From Vicugna vicugna (Eukaryota): a stretch of DNA of 64,000 nucleotides. The position numbers were made by a program, and so were the translations under genes. The notes beneath the pieces are model-generated. The model worked only from the letters and a program-made list of their open reading frames with translations. It was not told where the DNA came from and searched no databases. The stretch spans positions 1-64,000 of the forward strand of contig MU057398.1 of assembly GCA_013265495.1 (NCBI GenBank), given 5' to 3'. Shown in pieces: positions 36,301-54,480 of this stretch (within the stretch, counting starts at the first letter, position 1; each line of letters begins with the position of its first letter).

Positions 36301-39300
36301 ATGTTTCTTTTAGCTGTTTTTTCATAGTTAAGGTTATGCTATATATGTGCCTAATTTCACGTTTTGGATTTTTCCCCTGGATTCGTCAACTCTTTATTTT
36401 TGCATGATTGATATATTCTGTCATAAGCTATCATATCATATCTAGCACAATTTAGTGCTTTTGTAACATTTTGATTAAGTATTTTTACATGAATATTTAT
36501 TCGCATTTCAGATGATCTCAGAAATATCATTACTACAGGGTCAGGGAATGTGAACATCTTTAAGACTGTTGATCTTCTGTAGCAGGACTTTTGGCAGACA
36601 ATACCAATTTGCTTTCTTACTGTCAGCAAATGAAATTGCTCCTTTGTTTTCACTCAAATTATCATTTTCATTGCTCTTCTATGAATGGGAAAAGCTATCG
36701 TCTCTTTATTTGCATTTCTTTGGTGACTAATTACAGCAGGACTTAATGGCTATTTGTATTTTTCCTTTAGTGAAAGTAACATAACAGTGCCCACCTCGCC
36801 CCAGGGCTCCTCTGAGGCCTCGGGGAGTGAGCACAGGCACTGCGGCTCAGCCCAGTGCCGGATGTCTAGTCAGCGCTCAGAGATGGAAGCTGTTAGGAGG
36901 GGCTCACGCTTCTCCCTGGCTCCAAACCTTTGCAGTGGATGACTGCTGGGTGCACAGCCATTAGTGCCAGGTGTCTGCAGTGGGATCATGGCTCTCAGAC
37001 TGCCATGTGGGACTAGAAGCAAGGTGTGAGAGTGCCGGAGGGCATGGCCGTGAGCCCGGCAGCAGGAGGGCATACGGCGTTGTGATGATGCAGTTCAGGG
37101 CCCAGGTGGGCGTGTGCTGGGACACCTGGATCCAGCCTCCAGGAGAAGATGAAGGCCCAGTGGTAAGGGGCACAACCTGCCCTGTAACAGGGCCATGGGC
37201 CGCAAGCTCACTCCCTGCTAATCTGGGCTGGCTGTCAGCCCTGGTGGAGAGAAACCTGCCCCTTCCAGCCATATCTGGTCATCTGTTTAAGGGCTTGACG
37301 TCCCTGCTTTGTGATGGGGACTGTGGTTGGCAATGACATGCTAGGGAGATAGGGACTTATCTACTGTGACAACGGGAGCCATGGGTTTGATCCCAGGTGG
37401 ACAACAGTGTAAGAAGCAGGGCAGTGGGTGGTGCTGGAGGCCAAAGTGCTCACGAGGACTCCATGTACAGGGACAGCAACCTCAGGCAGGCCTCACTCCA
37501 GGCTCCAGGAGGAGAAGGTGGGGATCTAGTGGAGGATGGCAGCCTTGAGAAGGGCTGCACCCCAAATGATGGGAGCTTCAAGTGGGAAAAATCTCAGAGG
37601 GTAGAGTGGGCCCCCAGGACACGAGTCCAGCCTGGCCAGGGAAGAATGTGGCATACACATCTCTGGGAGCCCTAGCAGCCTGGGGCTCTGGGCCCACCCC
37701 CCAGGCTTGGAGAAGTGGCTTGTGATCACGTGGACTCTGAACCATGCCTACCAGTCCCAGGCAAAGGAGCCAGTAGGTGGTGGGGTTTGGGTGGCATGGG
37801 GTTCCACTGAACAGGCAAAGGAAAACCGGAGTCTATGGGGAGAAACTCGCATGTTCCTCTCTTTCCAAATCGTCTGCCTACCCATGAAGGACAAAAGGCT
37901 TGGAGGGATTGGGCTTCAGCGGGTGGCAGCCTCTCTCTTCTGTGCCATGCTCAGGAGGAGAGCTGAATCCCAGGGCTCGTCTTGGCCAGCCTGCCTGGGG
38001 TCCGGCACTCCTTATGACCTCCTATCCATGAGAAGGGTGGAAAGTGGTGCCCCATGCAACCTGAGAAGGGCTCAGACCCACCAGTCACCCCCCACACGCA
38101 CACATACACCTTGTCACACACATTCAATGACACACACTCACACACATGCACTCACACCTGCCCAGGGAACACATACACAACAGGTACACTCTGAAAGGGG
38201 GAGAGAGAGGGATCAGCCCCCTCGATGCCCTCACTTCTTGTCCTACCCTGGAGGGGAGTAGAGCCCACCTGCAGCCTTCCCCTGTTCCTGCACTGCACTG
38301 TCACAGACACATCCACGTGTCCCCACAACACGGGACCAAGCCCATTGGGCTAAGCAGGCTGCAGGCATGGACCTTGGGACCACCTTCCAGCAACCCCTGT
38401 ACAGAGGGGTCCAATTACTCTTTCTGTCTCCCACAGAACCTGAATCAGTTCAAAGGCAGTTGGAGGGCACCCCTCAACTTGCACTGGGCTCACCCGTCCC
38501 CTGGGGTGAGAAGGCAGTACCAAGGAGGGTTGAGAAGAACGGTTCCTGGCTCCTCACTCCTGATTACAGGCCCCTCTGAGAGCTGCCCTTCCAGCCACGG
38601 TGCTCAGATAGGGGGTTGCCCAGATCAGCAGTGCCTTCCACCCTGGGCGATGCCCCCCTCAGGTGGCACTGAGGGCTCTCAGGGCCCAGAGTCAGCCTCT
38701 GGACAGGAAGGGGCCATCTCCAGGCCCTGCCTACAGCCCCCTACTTACAGCCCTCCACCTCCTGCCTGCTCCCAGAACACAGGACTGTGCAGGGGAGTGG
38801 AACAGAGAGGAGGCGCCCCTGCCCTTCTGGGGGCTGCCTTGCCCTGGAATTTAAGAGGAGGACACCTCCCCTGCCTTTCCCCACCCCCACCCAGGGCATG
38901 AGGGCTGTGGAACTCCTGCTGGCCCGCCCTCCTTCCATCGGCCATCACAAACCCCCAGGTCACCAAAAGTCTCTCAGTGCCTACACCAACCCCAGCCACT
39001 GTCGGCTGGCAGGGGACACTGGTCACAGTAATGGTGGACAAACCCCCCCCACCCCGGAGTCCTGCACTGAGGTCCTGGCAGGGGCTTCTGACCTCACACC
39101 TGGACCCTTCTGTGGCCGGCTGGTCCTTGGGACTGCACACGTGACCTCCCTGAAGGATCTGCATGCCCTGAAAACACACAGTGCTACCAGGGATCCTGTG
39201 GCTTCGGGTTCTGCCTGCGGCCCCCCTCCCCCATCCAACGTGCAACCACTTATTCCTGGGGGCTCCCCCAGTTTCCTGGGACCCAGCCAGCCACTGGCCG

Positions 39301-39495
39301 TACCCACAAGTCCTGTCACCTGGCTCCGTCCAGCCCAGGGGACCACACAGACCCCCTTGGACCCTGCTCTAACCATACTCCAGTGCTGACTCGAGGTCCC
39401 AGGCCACTGTCACCTCCCCCTACCCCCATCCCCAGTAGACCCTTCCTTCAAATGCCCACAGCAGAGGCCAGACTCAGCTGAAACTTTCAACGAAA

Positions 39496-39501
39496 TTTAT
39501 T
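39496..39501 (-). terminator. Polyadenylation signal AATAAA of the PNMA6-like gene
   Basis: tttatt on the + strand. It lies in an AT-rich island within GC-rich DNA about 1.3 kb after the stop codon. Confidence 0.7.
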
Positions 39502-40770
39502 AAAGAGAAACATTGACTGAAACTACCGAAAAGAGGGAATGACCACACAGGCAGGAACTTCTAACGGCCACTAAAGCCCACAGATCTCAGCCCCCTCCTC
39601 CTCCCAGGGTCCCTCACCAGGTGTCTCAGCTGCCCCCCACCGTGCTGCGGCCCTCCCCACATAGTCTCCCTTCCTGAGGGCCCCACGGTCAGCCTCTGGC
39701 CAGGACGGTGGACCCCAGCAATGACCGCTGCCCCCAGGGCACCCCTCCCCCTCTGGCCCACATGCTGGGGCCTGGCCCTGCCCTCTGGCCCCCACAGGAC
39801 AGTCCAGGACACTGCAGAACACGGCGGGGAACGCTCCCCCAAGCCCAGGACAAGGGGTCACGAGGAACAGCGATGGCAGATCACAGCACGGTCCCCAAGG
39901 ACCCTCCGCAGCCCCCAACCTTCCCCGGCCCAGTTCTTCCTTCCCGAGGCCACCAGGTGGGCGTCGTCCATCTGTCCATCCCGCCGTCTCCTGGGACCGG
40001 GCTGGGGTCTCCGGGCTGGGCTGGGGGTACTGCTCAGAGAAGAACACACACACATCTCCACAGGAACAAGCAGCGTTTGGCCTAAATCTACTCCGACAAA
40101 GCGGACGTGGCGCTCACGACACTGGGCCAGAGCGAGCAGAGCCTTGGTGCCCTGAGCTCAGGGCACGTGGCCGGGCCCAGAGGTGGCGGCCCGGGTAGGA
40201 GGGACACCCGGCCTGGGTCCACGGGCACCTCAGGGCTCTGCACGTAAACGGGCGCTGGTGTGGGGGGTGGTGAGGAGATCACTATGGGGCCACAGAGACA
40301 CAGGCTTCCTATGGGCTTCCTAGTACAGGGAGCAGCCTGCCCCAGGGGACGGTGACTAGGGGCCCCTCTCGGAGGCCCAGGCACCTTGACATGGCCCCTG
40401 ACATCTCCCAGGGCAGTGTGGGGGCAGACGTCTTCAGGTGGCCCTCACCGAGGCCGGGGCTGGGCACTCAGGGATCCTCCCGGGCCGGCTGCCCCAGTTG
40501 GCAGGGCTTGGGGCTGAGGCTGGTGTGGTGTTGCCATGGTGGGGGAGGCGCACCTCTCCCCGCCCCATTTGGTGTCTAACATGGTCATCGTGGTCACTTG
40601 GAAGGACTCATGGTGGTGGGTGGGGTCTCTTGCAGGTAATAGGGGGCCCAGGGAGTTGGTTTGGGCTGGGCTGGCCCTTCCCTCCACCCTGCTCCCCACC
40701 TGGGGCGAGGTGGCTGCCTGGCCTGGCCTCTACCTGCCTCCAGGCCAGGGGGGCCCTGGGCCTGCTGAGC

Positions 40771-44000
<3,230 letters not shown>

Positions 44001-44499
44001 GCCCTAAGTAGTTGAGGGAGCCAGGTCTCAGCCTCTCTGTGCAAGACAAATGGCCGGATCAGGAGAGCATTTGAGGTGTCAGTGTTGCTGCCACGGGACC
44101 TGCTTGGTAAAGGCTTGCTGTGGCAAGGTTTGGAGCCTGCAGAAGCAACAGGCATACCCATTGGCCCTCCAGCAACAAAATGGCCTCCATCAGTAATTGT
44201 GCCCAATGGTGGGGAGTATGTAGGGGCTGGGAACCAGGAGTCCTGGGGGTAGTGGAACCTAATAACAGGTCCCCAGTGCCACTCTGCACTCACATCCTGC
44301 CCTCATTAATCCTGGAATCTCTAGGAGAGACTCAGATTGGCTAGTCCCAGGCCAGGAGCCTCATCACACCTCTTTACACTGTGAAGCCAGCCCTCAACCA
44401 CCCAGGCAGCCACTGCATTGGGTCAGGTGAACACAGAGTCTCCTAAGAGCTGGGTGGCCTATACAATTCATCGAACAACTGTGCCCCACGTCTGTAAAT

Positions 44500-46850
44500 A
44501 GGCAATAGGAAAACTTTCTTATTTATGCATTGCTGGATTTGATTTGCTGATAGTTGAGTATTTTTGTTACACTGTTCATGAGAGGTATTTTTCTGTAATT
44601 ATTTTCCCATAATGTTTTTATCATGTTTAGTAACGTCTATCGTAGCTTCACAAAAGGATTTGGGAATTGACCCCTGCTCCTCTATTTTCTGTAAGTGTTT
44701 GTTTAAGTTGGTGACTTTTGTTCCTTAAATATTTGCTAGTATTCGCCCATAAAATAGTCTTGGTCTGGCTTTTTCTTTCATTATGTTTATTTTTAGGAAA
44801 GTTTTTTTTTGGTAGCAAATTAATTTATAAGAAATAGGGCTACTCATATTTTGTATTTAATCTCTTGTCAGTTTTGATAAATTGCTTTGTTTCCAAGGAT
44901 TGACAAATTTTTATCTAAGTTATCAAAATTATTGGCATAAGGATGCTTATAACAATCCCACATTATTTTTGGATACTTGTATGATTTATAGTGATATTCC
45001 TCTTTCGTTCTTGATATTGATGATTAATGTACTTTCTCTTTGTTCTTGATTAATCTTGCTGAGGGTTATAAATTCTATTGTTCTCTTACAAATGTATGAC
45101 TTTGCTAATTTTCTCCATAGTTTGTTTCCTACTTCATTTATTTCTGCTCTTGTCTCTATTATTTCCTTTGTTCTACTTATTTTGGGTTTACTTTGCTTTT
45201 CCTTTTCTAACTTCTTTAGATGGAAGCTTAGGGCATTGCTTTTATGCCTTTCTTCTCTAATATAAGCATTTAAAGCAATAAATTTTCTTATAATCATTTC
45301 TTTAGCTGCCTCCCACTCATTTTGGCATTTTATTTTTTATTATTTTTCCATTTGAAATACTTTCTAAGTTCCTTTGTGTTTTCTTCTTTGACCCATGGGT
45401 TTTCTAGAAGTGTGATGTTGAAGTTCCAAATATTTGGAGATATATTCTTGTTATTACTTTGTAATGGAATGTCACTGTGGACTCAGATAACTTATTATGT
45501 AAATTTCCTATCTTTCTAAATTTGTTGAGGCTTGTTTCATGGCCCAGCATTTGATCTACCCAGGTGAATGTACAAGGTGGCTTTGTAAATAATCTATATT
45601 CTTCAGTTGTTAGGTACCGTGTTCTATAAATATCAATGAAGTAACAGTGATTGATAATGTCATACAGACCTTCTATATGTTTACTGATATCTTGTCCAGT
45701 TGTATCAATTGCTGAGGCAGGGATATTAAAATCTGTTATTATAATTGTGGAAATGTCTATTTCTCCCTTTATTCTGTCAAATTTTATTTAATATATTTTA
45801 AGTTCTGTTTTGGGGTACAAATATGCTTATGAATTCTGTGTGTTCCTGATTAATTGACCCTTACATCATTATTATCCTTTACCTCAGGTAATATTCTTTG
45901 TCTTTAACTCTACTCTGTCTAGTATTAATATAGCCCTTCCCACTTTCTTATGCTTACTCTTTGCACGGTATATTTTGCATCCTCTTCCTATCAAACATCT
46001 GTGTCTTTATATTTAAATGAATCTCTTAAGAACAGCAAAGACCTTGCTCATTTATCTACTTTGATAATCTCTGCCTTTTAATTGGAGTGTTTAGCCCATT
46101 TACACTGCATGTAATTTTTTAAACAGTTGGAGCTAGGTTATTCTTTTATTATTTGTCCCATCTATTTTTGCTCCTGTGTTCCCCTTTCCTGTCTTGGTTA
46201 ACCACTTTTTTTTACAATTCCATTTTATTTATATGTTATATTTTTAGCTACACCTCTTTGCACTTTTTTTTAGTGGTTTCTCTAGAGATTATCTTTTCAC
46301 TGTCTACTTAGAGTTAATATTGTACATAAATGTAAGACTATTTCCACCACATAAATTCATTCCCCTCTACCCCATCCTTAATGCTGTAGTTGTCATATAT
46401 ATTATATCTACATGTGTTAGAAACTCTATAATACACTGTGAACATTTTTACTTTAAAAAGCCATATATGTTATAAAGAAATTAAGAGAATATTTACCCAC
46501 ATATTTACCACTTCTGGTGTTCCTCAGATCAAGGTTTCATATTTCTTCAGATTGAAAGACCTCCTTTAGCATTTCTTTTAGTGCAGGTCTGTTGATGAAT
46601 TCTTTTAACTTTCATCTATCTCAAAAGGTTCTTATTTCATCTTTATTCTTGAAGGATATTTTCCCTGGATATAGAGTTCTGAGTTGAAAAGTTCTTTTCC
46701 TTTCAGAACTTTAAAGATGTTGTTCCACTATCTCCTGGCTTCCACTGTTTCTAATGAGAATTCAGTGAAATTCTTGTTAATGATCTCCTATATGTAATGC
46801 TTCATTTTACTCTGACTTTTTCTTTGCTAAAATATCCTATTTTATAAATT
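44500..46850 (-). mobile_element. L1 fragments (ORF2 EN/RT-proximal), antisense
   Basis: ORF 44986-45297 RKFIALNAYI..LKKLEKEKQSKPKISRTKEIIE is L1 ORF2p-like. Confidence 0.85.
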
Positions 46851-46964
46851 CATTATTAGTCCCTTGGACCATATTTTTTTGTTTTTACATTTTACATTTT
46901 ACACTTAACATTTACATTTTTACATTACACACTTGGTTATGTATAGGTCATAATAAACACAATA

Positions 46965-47930
46965 GCTGAAGTGTTAAGTAGTAGGTTTGGTGCATAGCAG
47001 TCATTCATGTATTCATCCATTCAACAAGCATCTACTATGAGCCTACTGTGTCAGACAATGTCCAAGTTCCTAAGGATTTAGGAACAAACTAGAAATGGTC
47101 TCCAGAATGGCAAGGAGAGGCAGAAATATAAATAATGGAGTGATACAATATTACTGGGGTGGTGGTAGGATAGTATACAGAATGCAGCAGGAAAACCAGG
47201 TGAGCAGATCCATCTAGGCAGGGTCAGGAAGGTCCTCACAGAGAAAGTGACCTTTGCATTGGTGTAGAGGAGCTTGAAGAACATCAGAGAAAGATGTCCA
47301 GTGGGCAGATGGAAATTGGGATTTGGAAAACAGAAGAGAATTTGGTCCTAGAGAACCAGGTCTGGTGGTCTTTAGATTTGAGTTGGTTGTGTGATGCTGA
47401 GGGAATGGCTGAGCTTCCCCAGATCATACTACAGGTAGACTAAGAAGATGAGGGTGAAAAAGAGCTGGTCTGAGCCTTCATCAACAAAGGAGAGCTGAGC
47501 AGGATGTGTTAGAACCGAGGTCCAGTCTCCAAGCCTGAGTCACCTGGAGTAAGTTTATCTTAATCCTCTAAGGACAGAGACTGTGGATCAAACAGTCTGA
47601 GTTCTAAAGCCGGCTATGTGGCCTTAAAGAGATTGCTTAAAATCTATTTGGCTCACTATCTATAACAGTAGAATGGGAATAATAATGGTACCTACCTCAG
47701 GGTCACTGTAAGAATGAGATACTATTTATAAAACAGTGCCTGGCACATATCAAACAATCATCAACTAGTAGATTTTGTTATTGATTCATTATTAAAATGA
47801 ATATGAAAAACCAAAGAGCAAATTTTAATTCCTTAACCACTAGATTGGAACACACATGAATTCATTTATTTAAGAAATATTTATTGAACACCCACTATAT
47901 GCCAGACATAGTTTTTGGTCCTACTGGGGA
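46965..47930. mobile_element. L2 and MIR remnants
   Basis: cattcaacaagcatctactatgagcctactgtg (antisense L2 end). aatgggaataataatggtacctacctc..cagtgcctggcacata (MIR). Confidence 0.7.
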
Positions 47931-48143
47931 AAAACAGTATCTGTGACCTTAAGATCTAAAACTGACATTAAGAACTTAAGGAATCTGTAAACTTGAATGG
48001 GGGAAATGCATATTTATTTTTACTAAACTAAGTAAAATTTAGCATTTCCTTCCATTATGAATGTGAACAGCAAACCACAGTAATATCGGCAGTACATGTT
48101 ACTTTGTCACCAACAGAAATAAATATTTTCAAATCCCATTACG

Positions 48144-48542
48144 TTTTTTTTTGAAGTATAGTCAGTTTACAATGTTCTGTTAGTTTCTAGTATGCATCAT
48201 AGTGGTTCAGTTATACATATATATTCCTTTTCATATTCTTTTTTACTATAGGCTATTACAAGGTATTGAATGTAGTTCACTGTGCTCTACAGTAGGACCT
48301 TGTTGTTTATCTATTTTATATATAGTACTTTGTATCTGAAAATCCCAAACTCCCAATATATCCCTCCCTACCTCCATTCCCCTCTGGTAACCATAAGTTT
48401 ATTTTCTATGTCTGTGAGTCTGTCTCTGTTTTGTAAATAAGTTCATTTGTGTCATTTTTTTTAGATTCCACATATAAGTGATATCATATGGTATTTTTCT
48501 GTCTCTTTCTGGCTCACTTCACTTAGTATGACGATCTCCAGG
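48144..48542 (-). mobile_element. Young L1 3' tail (about 400 bp) inserted in an older element
   Basis: Poly-T followed by ttgaagtatagtcagtttac. 15-bp TSD tcaaatcccatta(c/t)g at 48129-48143 and 48543-48557. Confidence 0.9.
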
Positions 48543-49249
48543 TCAAATCCCATTATGGTTATTGCAGATATTTAGAAATAGCATTACCTCAAAATTAGAG
48601 AGTTGGTAGACCACTTTTAGATACTGTTACTTTGTGTGTTGGTGAAGAAGCACATAAAGCGTTATAAAATGTAATTATGAGCATGCTTTAGGTCCTTAAG
48701 CATATTTATAATAGCTGCTTTAAAAATATCATCTGTGAATTATAGTATCAGGGTCATCTCAGGGTAAGGTTCCCTTGAATGCTTTTTTTCTTGAGAACCG
48801 CCACATTTTCTTGTTTCTCCTGGTAACTAAGCATCATATCCCAGACTTTGTCAATAACATGTTCTAGTGGCTCTGGCTTCTTGCTTCCTATTGGCTTTCT
48901 CCAGAGAGGTGTTGTTGTTATTGTTGCTGCTGTTGCTGTAGCAGGCAGTGAACTTAACCTAAGCACAAACTCCAAACTCCCTCTCCGCTGTGCTGAGCAT
49001 CATCTGAAATCTCTGCTGAGTTATTTTCTTCGAGTCTACCCTGTGCATACACAGCCTGGTGGCACCAGAGATTTGGGCAGAATTTATATGCCAAATTTCA
49101 CTTCTCCAGCTGTGGTTCTTTCCTCTCCAGGATTTTCCTTCTCACTTCCCCTCTGCTGTGGTCACCCTGAACTGCGTCCTCTGTATCTCTGAGTTTTAGC
49201 CACCTGGCGTGGCATCCCCTGCAGCCTCCCCTCACATGTGAACAAATAT

Positions 49250-52200
49250 GCAAATAGGGATCTCAAATTCTACCAATTTTTAAAGGAAGAAGCAATGTCA
49301 GTACTACACAAACTCTTCCATAAAAATAACAAGGAAAGAATACATCTAACTCATTCAGTGAGGCCAGCCAGGATTACTTTGATATCAAACCATGCAAAGA
49401 CACTATGTAAAACAAAACTACAGACTGATGTGCTTCATGAACATACATGTAAAAATTTGAAACAAAATTTTAGCAAATGGAGTTCAACATGATATAAAAA
49501 TGCTATTATGACTATGTAGTCCAACATAAGAATGCAAGTTTAGTTTAAACCTTTGAAATTTTATCAACATAACTCAGCATATTAATAAAATCAAAAATAA
49601 AAACCAAATGATGTATCTTATTCTATTCAGGCTGGTATAACAAAATATCACTGAGTACCTTATACACAACAGAAATTTATTTCTCACAGTTCTGGAAGCT
49701 GGAAATTCAAGATTAAGGTGCCAGTATGGTCCAGTTGCTATGTCCTCATGTGCTAAAGGGGCAAGGCATCTCTGGAGCCTCTTTTATAAGGGCATTAATC
49801 CCCTTGGGACCTAAATACTTCCCAAAGGCCCTACCTCCTAATATCATCACCTTCTGGGGTTAGGATTTTAACATATAATTTGGGGGCTGGGATACATTCT
49901 GACTGTAGCAATCTTCTCAATAGATGCAGGAAAACATTTGACAGAATCCAACATCCATGCTGGATAAAAACTCCCAGAAAACTAGGAATAGAAGGGAATT
50001 TCCTCAACCTGATAAATGGCATCTACAAAAAACCTACAGCTAACATCATCCTTAGTGATGAAAGACTGAGTGCTCTCCCCCAAAATCAGAAAGAAGACAG
50101 GGATGTCCACTCTTATACCTTCTATTCAACATTGGAGGTTCAAGCTTGGGAAATTAAGCAAGGAAAAGACATAAACTGCATCCAGGTTGGAAAGGAAGAA
50201 CTAAACTGTCTGTGTTCACAGATGACAAGATTATCTATTTAGAAAATGCAATGGAGTCTACAGAAAAGTTCCAAGAACTAATATGTAAGTCTAGCAGTTT
50301 GTAGGATATAAGATCAGTGTACCAGACTTAGTTCAAAGCTCAAAAGACTCAATATTAGTAAGGTGTCAGTTCTCTCCAAAGTAATCTACAGAATTTAATC
50401 CAGCCTCAGTCAAAATCCCAGCAAGCTTTTTTTCTGGAAATGAAGACGATTCTAAAATTTATATGGGAGTGCAAAAAACTTAGACTAGTTAAAACAACAC
50501 TGAAAAGAACAAAGTTACAGAACTTACCCTATCTGACTCCAAAGATTATTATAAAACTACACTAATCAAAACTTCACATTATCGGCATAAAGATAGAAAA
50601 TACATCAGCAGAACAGCATAGGCAGTTCTGAATCCACAAACTGATGGACAACTGATCTTTGATATAGGCAAACAAACACAGTAGAGAAAGATGGTCTTTT
50701 CAACAAATGATGCTGGAATGATTGGATAGCCATAGGCACAAAAATGAACTTTAACCCATATCTCACAAAACATACAAAAATTGACTCAAAAGGGATTAGA
50801 AACTTAAGTAAATATAAAACTTAAAACCATAAAACTTTTAAAAGAAAACAAGATCTTTGTGACCTTAGGCTAGACAAAGATGTCTTAGATATGACACCAA
50901 AAGTCATACAAGAGCAGATTGATCAATTTCACTTCATCAAACATAAGAATTTCTGCTCTTCAAAAGGCAAGCTACAGACTGAGAGAAAATGTTTGCAAAG
51001 CATATATCTGACAGAAGACTTGTATTCAGAATATATAAAGAGATTTTACAACTTAATAAGAAGACAAACAACCTGATAAAACAAAATGGGCAAAAGGTTT
51101 AAGTGGACACTTCACCAAAGAAGATTAACAAATGGCTAATGAAGATGTGAAAATATGCTCAACATCACTAGTCAGGGAAATTCAGATTAAAATCATGGAT
51201 TACACTACATACATATTAGCATGGCTAAAATTAAAAAGAAGACTGGCTGTAACAAGTACTGACTGACAAGGATGTGGAACAACTGGAGCTCTCCTACACT
51301 GTTGCTGGGGATGTAAAATGGTACAACCATTTTGGAAAACAGTTTAGTGGTTTTTTAAAAGTTAAACACACCTCTAACATATTCTAGCTGTACTACTCCT
51401 TGCTATTTACCCAAGATAAAAGGAAACATATGTCCATTTAAAGTCTTGTACATGAATGTTCATAGAGCTTTATTTATAGTTGCCTCAAACTGGAAACAAC
51501 CCAAATGTCCATCAACCAATGAATGGATAAACCCATTGTGCTACCTCCATGAAAAGGACTATTATTCAGCAACAGACACGAGTGAACTGTTGATACATGC
51601 AACAATATGGATGAATCGCAGAATAATTTTGTTGAATGAAAAGAACCAGATATGAGAGAATATTTATTATATGATTCCATTTACATAAAATTCTAGAAAA
51701 TGCAAACTACTCTATAGTAACATAGTAACAGAAAGCAGATCAGTGGTTGCTTGAGGAGTGGAGCAAGAAGACACAGAAGGGACAACAAAGGGGCACGAGG
51801 AAACTGACAGTAATGGATAAATGTATTGCTTTGATTGTGGTGTTTGTGGTATATATATATAGCAAACCTTATCAGATAGTACAGTTTAAACATGTCCAGG
51901 TTATCTTTGCCAAATATACCTCAAGTAGGCGGGTTTTTTAAAATATACTTACAAGTAAATAATAAAAGGACAAACAACCCCATAAAAGTGGAAAGCTATT
52001 TGAACAGACACTCTCACAAAGGAAGATATAGAAATGGCCAGTATGCACATAAAAACATCATACTCAGCATGACTAGTCATCAGGGAGATGATAATTAAAA
52101 TCACAATGAATTACCACTTCACACCCACTTAAAGGGCTAAAAATAAAGGCTGACAACCCCAAATGTAGAGGAAGATTGGAAAGAAAAGGAACTCTCATAC

Positions 52201-53040
52201 ATATCTGGTGGAAATACAAGTTGTACAACCGCTTTGGAGAATATTCTGGCAGTTTCTTATGAAAGAACTCTCCTATAACATGGTAATTCCCTTTCTAGGT
52301 AGTTAGCCAAGTCAAATGAAAGCATATGTCTACACCAACTTGTACATGAATGTTCACAGTAGCTTTATTTATAACATTCCAAAATGAAAACAGCCCAGAT
52401 GATAAGGTGGTGAATGAATAAACCAACTCAAATATATCCAGACAATGGAATCCTACTCAGTAATAAAAGGAAAGAAGTAACAATTCAACATACATAAATC
52501 TCCAAACCATCATATCATACTGAATGAAAGAATCCAGACACAGAATAGTACACACTACATGATTCCATTCATACTAAGTTCTCAAATAGGCGAAAGTAAT
52601 TTATAGTAGAAAAAATTTAGAACAGTAGTTACCTCTGTGTGGAATTGTGGTGGAGACTGGGAATGGACACAGGGAAAATTTCTGGGGTGTTGATAGTGTT
52701 CTGTATCTTGACAAGAGCTTAGAGTATGCATTTGTCAAAATACACTGCATGGGGCACTTAAGATTTCTGCATTTCACTGTATGTAAATTTTACCTCCAAA
52801 AAACAAAAAGAACAGTAAACAGGTATTGATCTCTAGCTAATGCCATGCATGCTGAAGTGTTAAGAAGTGAAGGGTACTTGTATGTCTGCAACTTACTTTG
52901 AAATGGATCAGTAAAATAAGGATAACCATGCAATCAAGCAAGTATAGCATAATGCTAATTGTAGAATACTGGTAATTGGTACATGGGTAAATCTTTCAAT
53001 TGATCTGTACGTTGCAAAGTTTTCATAATAAAACGTGGAG
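49250..53040 (+). mobile_element. L1 ORF2/3' UTR fragments (two tandem 3' ends) with an MLT1A-type LTR inserted at about 49613-49908
   Basis: RT-like KTFDRIQHP..LGIEGNFLNLINGIYKKPTANIIL and WKQPKCPSTNEWIN peptides. Confidence 0.88.
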
Positions 53041-53849
53041 GGTAAATAAGAAAGAGTTGTTAGCATCTAACGGATAAAACTGTTACAAGAATATTTAAGA
53101 AGTTGGTTATAATCATTATCACTAATAAAGCATTAAATGTTTATTTTTTTCAAATGAAGAAAAAATTAGACCATGTCCTTCAGATTCAATTTCAGTGTCT
53201 AGCTTCACCCCTACAATGTGGCTGTGTTTCCCTTGACTTACTGCACTCCAGCATTTTCCTTTTCATCCTAGGGAAATCCTTAGGAAACAGGAATCTTCAA
53301 GAAAGCATTGATGGGCTTAGCACACTGCAAGGGGCAGCTGCTTAGATTTTTGTTGACTGGCAGCAAATTCATCTGGAACTGGCGGTCACTACTGCAGCAC
53401 CCGCGGTCCAAGAATTCTGTTTTCTCTTCATAGTATACGACCTGCTATTTTGAAATTAAGTCAAGTGCGTTTCCCCTCCACCTTTACCCCTGCACGAGCG
53501 CGCGCACGCGCACACGCACACATACTCACTGGAGCTCTTGGGCGCCAAATGCGCGCCCCCTGAGGGCAGGGATGCAGCTGTTTTGCTTACAGCTTTATTC
53601 TCAGTGCCTGGCACAGCAAGGACTCACAATACCTTTGGTGACTGAGTAAGGCTCTTTGACCCCTCCAGTGGAAGCTGGCTCTGCTCTGCTTCGCTCTCCG
53701 TTGTCATTCCCCCCACCCATATTCCCGACCAGAAGGCGCCCAAGGCAGAGGGGTCCTTTCCATTCCTTCGTTCCCTGCTTCATGGGCTGGTCGGTTCATT
53801 CGCTCGTTCATTCATTCATTCATTAATACATTCCACCCACTCCTCCCGC

Positions 53850-54480
53850 CTCCACCCAAGCATCTGGCCCGCGTGCGCGGCTCTCCGGGGTCTGGCCGGA
53901 CCCTCTTCACCAGAGCTCAGCCCCGCCCCCGCCCCGCCTCACCCCCTCTCCAAGCCAATCGAGGCCGGCGGGCTGGGCGGGACCGGAGCCGGGGCGGGGC
54001 CTCGCTCTCCCACTACCCACGGCGGCGCCCGCGGCTCCGGAAACGCGCCGCGGGGCTGCTGGGCTCTGCCGGGCGCTGGCGGGTCCGTGGCGCTTCCTGC
54101 CACGCCGGGCCTGGCCGCGCCAGCGCTGCTCCGCTGACGGCCTCGCGTCGGCCGCCGCCGGGCCAGGGTGAGCGTGCGGGCCACGAGAGGATTGCGCGGG
54201 GCGCGCGAGGGTGTGCGGGGCCGGAGTGATCGTTTGGGCCACGGGAAGATGTGCAGGGGGTGCAGCCCAGGAAAGTGTGCAGGGCCCGGGTGAGAGTTCC
54301 AGAGTGCGGTAGGGGTGGGGGGCAGGGGCGACCAAGCCTTACTGGTGGAGTGTCTCCGTTCCCGCGGGAAGCTACTTGGCCCTGGGGCCAGCTGAAGCGG
54401 GGAACGGGTAGATGGCGGGTATGAGGCCGAAGGCCTTCCCGCGGCGGGCGTGGGGCGACGGTGGGGGGCGGGAATCACTA
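53850..54480 (+). promoter_or_regulatory. ZNF275: CpG-island promoter and non-coding first exon of a ZNF275-like gene
   Basis: Dense CpG, tandem GC boxes (ccccgccccgccccgcc, ggggcgggg), CCAAT at about 53955, ETS-like ccggaa. Donor CAGG|GTGAGC after 54167. Confidence 0.75.

Noticed and set aside
34100..39400. Long ORFs (334, 228, 251 and 200 aa) in GC-rich unique DNA downstream of PNMA6
   Set aside because: Pro/Gly/Ser/Arg-rich compositional ORFs overlapping in multiple frames, with no family resemblance that I can recognise.
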